Part shown: positions 62,007 through 64,000 of the stretch, piece after piece
Layout: every line of letters starts with the position of its first letter
Numbering within the stretch: position 1 is the stretch's first letter
Assembly (NCBI GenBank): GCA_049724395.1
Contig: JAUGWO010000045.1
Span: 1 to 64,000, forward strand
DNA: 64,000 nt
Direction: 5' to 3'
DNA from: Spongospora subterranea f. sp. subterranea
Lineage: Eukaryota
The notes under the pieces: model-generated
The model's input: the letters and a program-made list of their open reading frames with translations, nothing else
The model's database searches: none
Told to the model about the DNA's origin: nothing
Made by a program: the position numbers and the translations under genes

Positions 62007-62032
62007 CCCTGTCAAGTGGTCTCCATTGTATA

Positions 62033-63226
62033 ATGAGATCATGGTTTATGGTTGTGATGACGGCAGCCATAGGCACGGCCGTCAGCTTCGGGGTTCGTGG
62101 GATGTTGCGACGACGTCGGCAAGCGTTCGCCTCCTGTATCATCCTCGATCCTGACAGTTTCGCAAGTAATTGAGGCTGCTCCATCTGATGTCGAATCCCC
62201 GTTGCAAATCGGAGTACAACCTGAATCGTCTTTGTTAGTCATTAATCAGAACCGCAGCCATATTTTTCAAGTCAGAATTCGCCCGCCGTTGCGTCATGTA
62301 GAATTGCTTCTCGAATTGCTCATCATTGTTATATCTGTCCTTTTGGCCTGGGTCATATCCAATCTTGATCAATCTCATTCCTATTCAGGTATTGTTTTTG
62401 GCTCTCATCGTGTTATCAACCGCGTCTAACTTACGTAGTGCTCCTCCGAATGTTGATGACGTGGGCGGCGTTGCGCTATATTGTCGTATCACTTCCCACG
62501 ACTTCACAATCTTCCTTGACCGGAGATAACGTGCCATCATGTCGTTCACAACAAGAGTTCTCTGATCCTGAACCAGCTGAAATCAGCTTGGAAAGCGAAC
62601 CGAGAAGCCTGAATCCTGAGCTGTTTCTTGGAAGTCCCCCACGCCCGCTTGGTGATGGTTTCACCTGGCTTGGACCGTTTTCCATCGAAGTCGATTGCGC
62701 AGTGCAGTCTGTTGCACGTCGATATTGGTCCTTTTTTGGAAGCCCATTCATGTCCAATATCAGTGCGGAATTCGTCGATTCTCGACCAAATTCAAATGGG
62801 GATGAACTAATCAGGAGGAAATTGTTTTTCAAAGCGGATCCTCCCTATCTTGTTCGACCGTTTTTAAATGGTGTTACGAATTTTGAGATTGATGAGCGTT
62901 CGGTTTGTCGGTCTCGCGAACTGACATTGTCCGTTTATTCAAGGAACATTTCTGCCAATCAGTTTGTGCAAGTTTTGGATATTTGTGAAATGTCGCCACA
63001 TAGAGCTAACAGTGATGTCACTGTTATCAAGCGTCGAGGTTGTGTTCAAGTTTCTGATTCTGTTGGAATAATGCGATCCTCAGTAGAATCGTTTGTTCTC
63101 AAGAATTTTGCCAAAAAAAGCCAAGATCTTTTGGACAAATTTTCTCAATATCTGGCCGCTAAAGACCATTGCCCAAACTTAGATGTCCCTGGCAATTCCT
63201 TCTATCCTATTGTCAAAAAAATATAG
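62033..63226 (+). CDS. PRELI/MSF1 (START-like lipid-transfer) domain protein with N-terminal hydrophobic segments; 5' part broken by frame changes
   Basis: RRKLFFKADPPYLVRPF...DERS...LSVYSRNIS..FVQV.DICEMSPHRANSDVT...VESFVLKNF resembles a PRELI domain. Upstream hydrophobic helices lie in overlapping frames. Confidence 0.6.
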
Positions 63227-63667
63227 TTTATTTCCTCAAGAATGATGACCAGAATAACGCAACAGGACGGCTTAGTGACTTGAAGAATTGCTGCACGTTG
63301 CTGATGCTGATCGGTTTCGCCACATTTTGTCCATAAATATAGCTCTATATATTGAATGCCCGGTCTCGATTTTATCATTAGTTGATTGTTACCAGAACCA
63401 TATGGTATGTTGCAACAATGACTGCGATGATGCAAAACGTTATAACAATATGATCTGATTTCATCGCAAACCGCCTTGTTGGCCCCGACAATGAAACGAA
63501 TCGTCGCTTGCCCAACAACCAGCCAAGGGCAATGACAGGCTGTTGTCAGCGAGCAAAATTCAACACACAGGCCACAGACTCAGACTTCAGCAGTTTGAAT
63601 GGTCACAAAACGATAAATAAAAGTAGTTTTGTAAATTGATGTATAAAATAACTATGCAGATAAAAAT

Positions 63668-64000
63668 TCAAGATCTTCGACGAGAACTTCGGCGCGATGG
63701 CGCAGGTTTTGTGGAGACGGATCGCCGACGTTTTTTGGTATCCGACGGTAAATCTGGTACGGTGGCGTCGCTAGACATGGCACCATTATCTGAAGGCGAT
63801 AATTGCAACAATGCGGATGCGGCTGCAGAGATTTCCGCTGCATGCTCTGAGGATGGGTCGTGAACAGCGGCAATCGAATGTACAGGAATGATGGTAGATT
63901 TAGGATCAACATGTGCTGCCTGATCAATGGTTGTTTCCTCGCGTGCCTTATCAACATCGCCAACGCGTGATAATTGCTGATGCGATTCCGGTAAATGTAA
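63668..64000 (-). CDS. 3' end of a gene continuing beyond the window; low-complexity tail with a basic NLS-like end
   Basis: Frame open from 64000: LHLPESHQQ...DTKKRRRSVSTKPAPSRRSSRRRS*. Confidence 0.5.
   Translation of the reverse strand, partial: LHLPESHQQLSRVGDVDKAREETTIDQAAHVDPKSTIIPVHSIAAVHDPSSEHAAEISAAASALLQLSPSDNGAMSSDATVPDLPSDTKKRRRSVSTKPAPSRRSSRRRS

Noticed and set aside
1..64000. tRNA or rRNA genes
   Set aside because: None recognised by eye; tRNAscan-SE or Infernal would be needed to exclude them.

Overview
Gene-dense eukaryotic nuclear DNA with many short GT-AG introns (mostly ~45-65 nt). The organism is flagellated (DRC7, a TTLL enzyme); the compact style would fit a protist such as a phytomyxid, but that is only an impression. 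Recognisable housekeeping genes: TEL2, eIF3c, RPL26, DRC7, peroxisomal DHAP acyltransferase, sterol O-acyltransferase, purple acid phosphatase, mRNA cap methyltransferase. The most unusual content: (i) a giant intronless, probably secreted protein with a bacterial filamentous-haemagglutinin/TpsA-type region and near-identical 375-aa repeats running off the left edge; (ii) three tandem, intron-containing copies of a giant-virus/phage-type PD-(D/E)XK nuclease, one intact with a mitochondrial-presequence-like N-terminus and two re-headed and degenerating, with a transposase-like relic among them; (iii) a cryptic SYCP2/Red1-like meiotic axis gene; (iv) an LSD1-like demethylase fused to an extended PHD finger; (v) a near-identical inverted duplication of a myristoylated CAMK gene bracketing about 6.3 kb. 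Single-base frameshifts in essential genes indicate uncorrected assembly indels, so pseudogene calls need caution. All family assignments come from motif recognition by eye; no searches were run.
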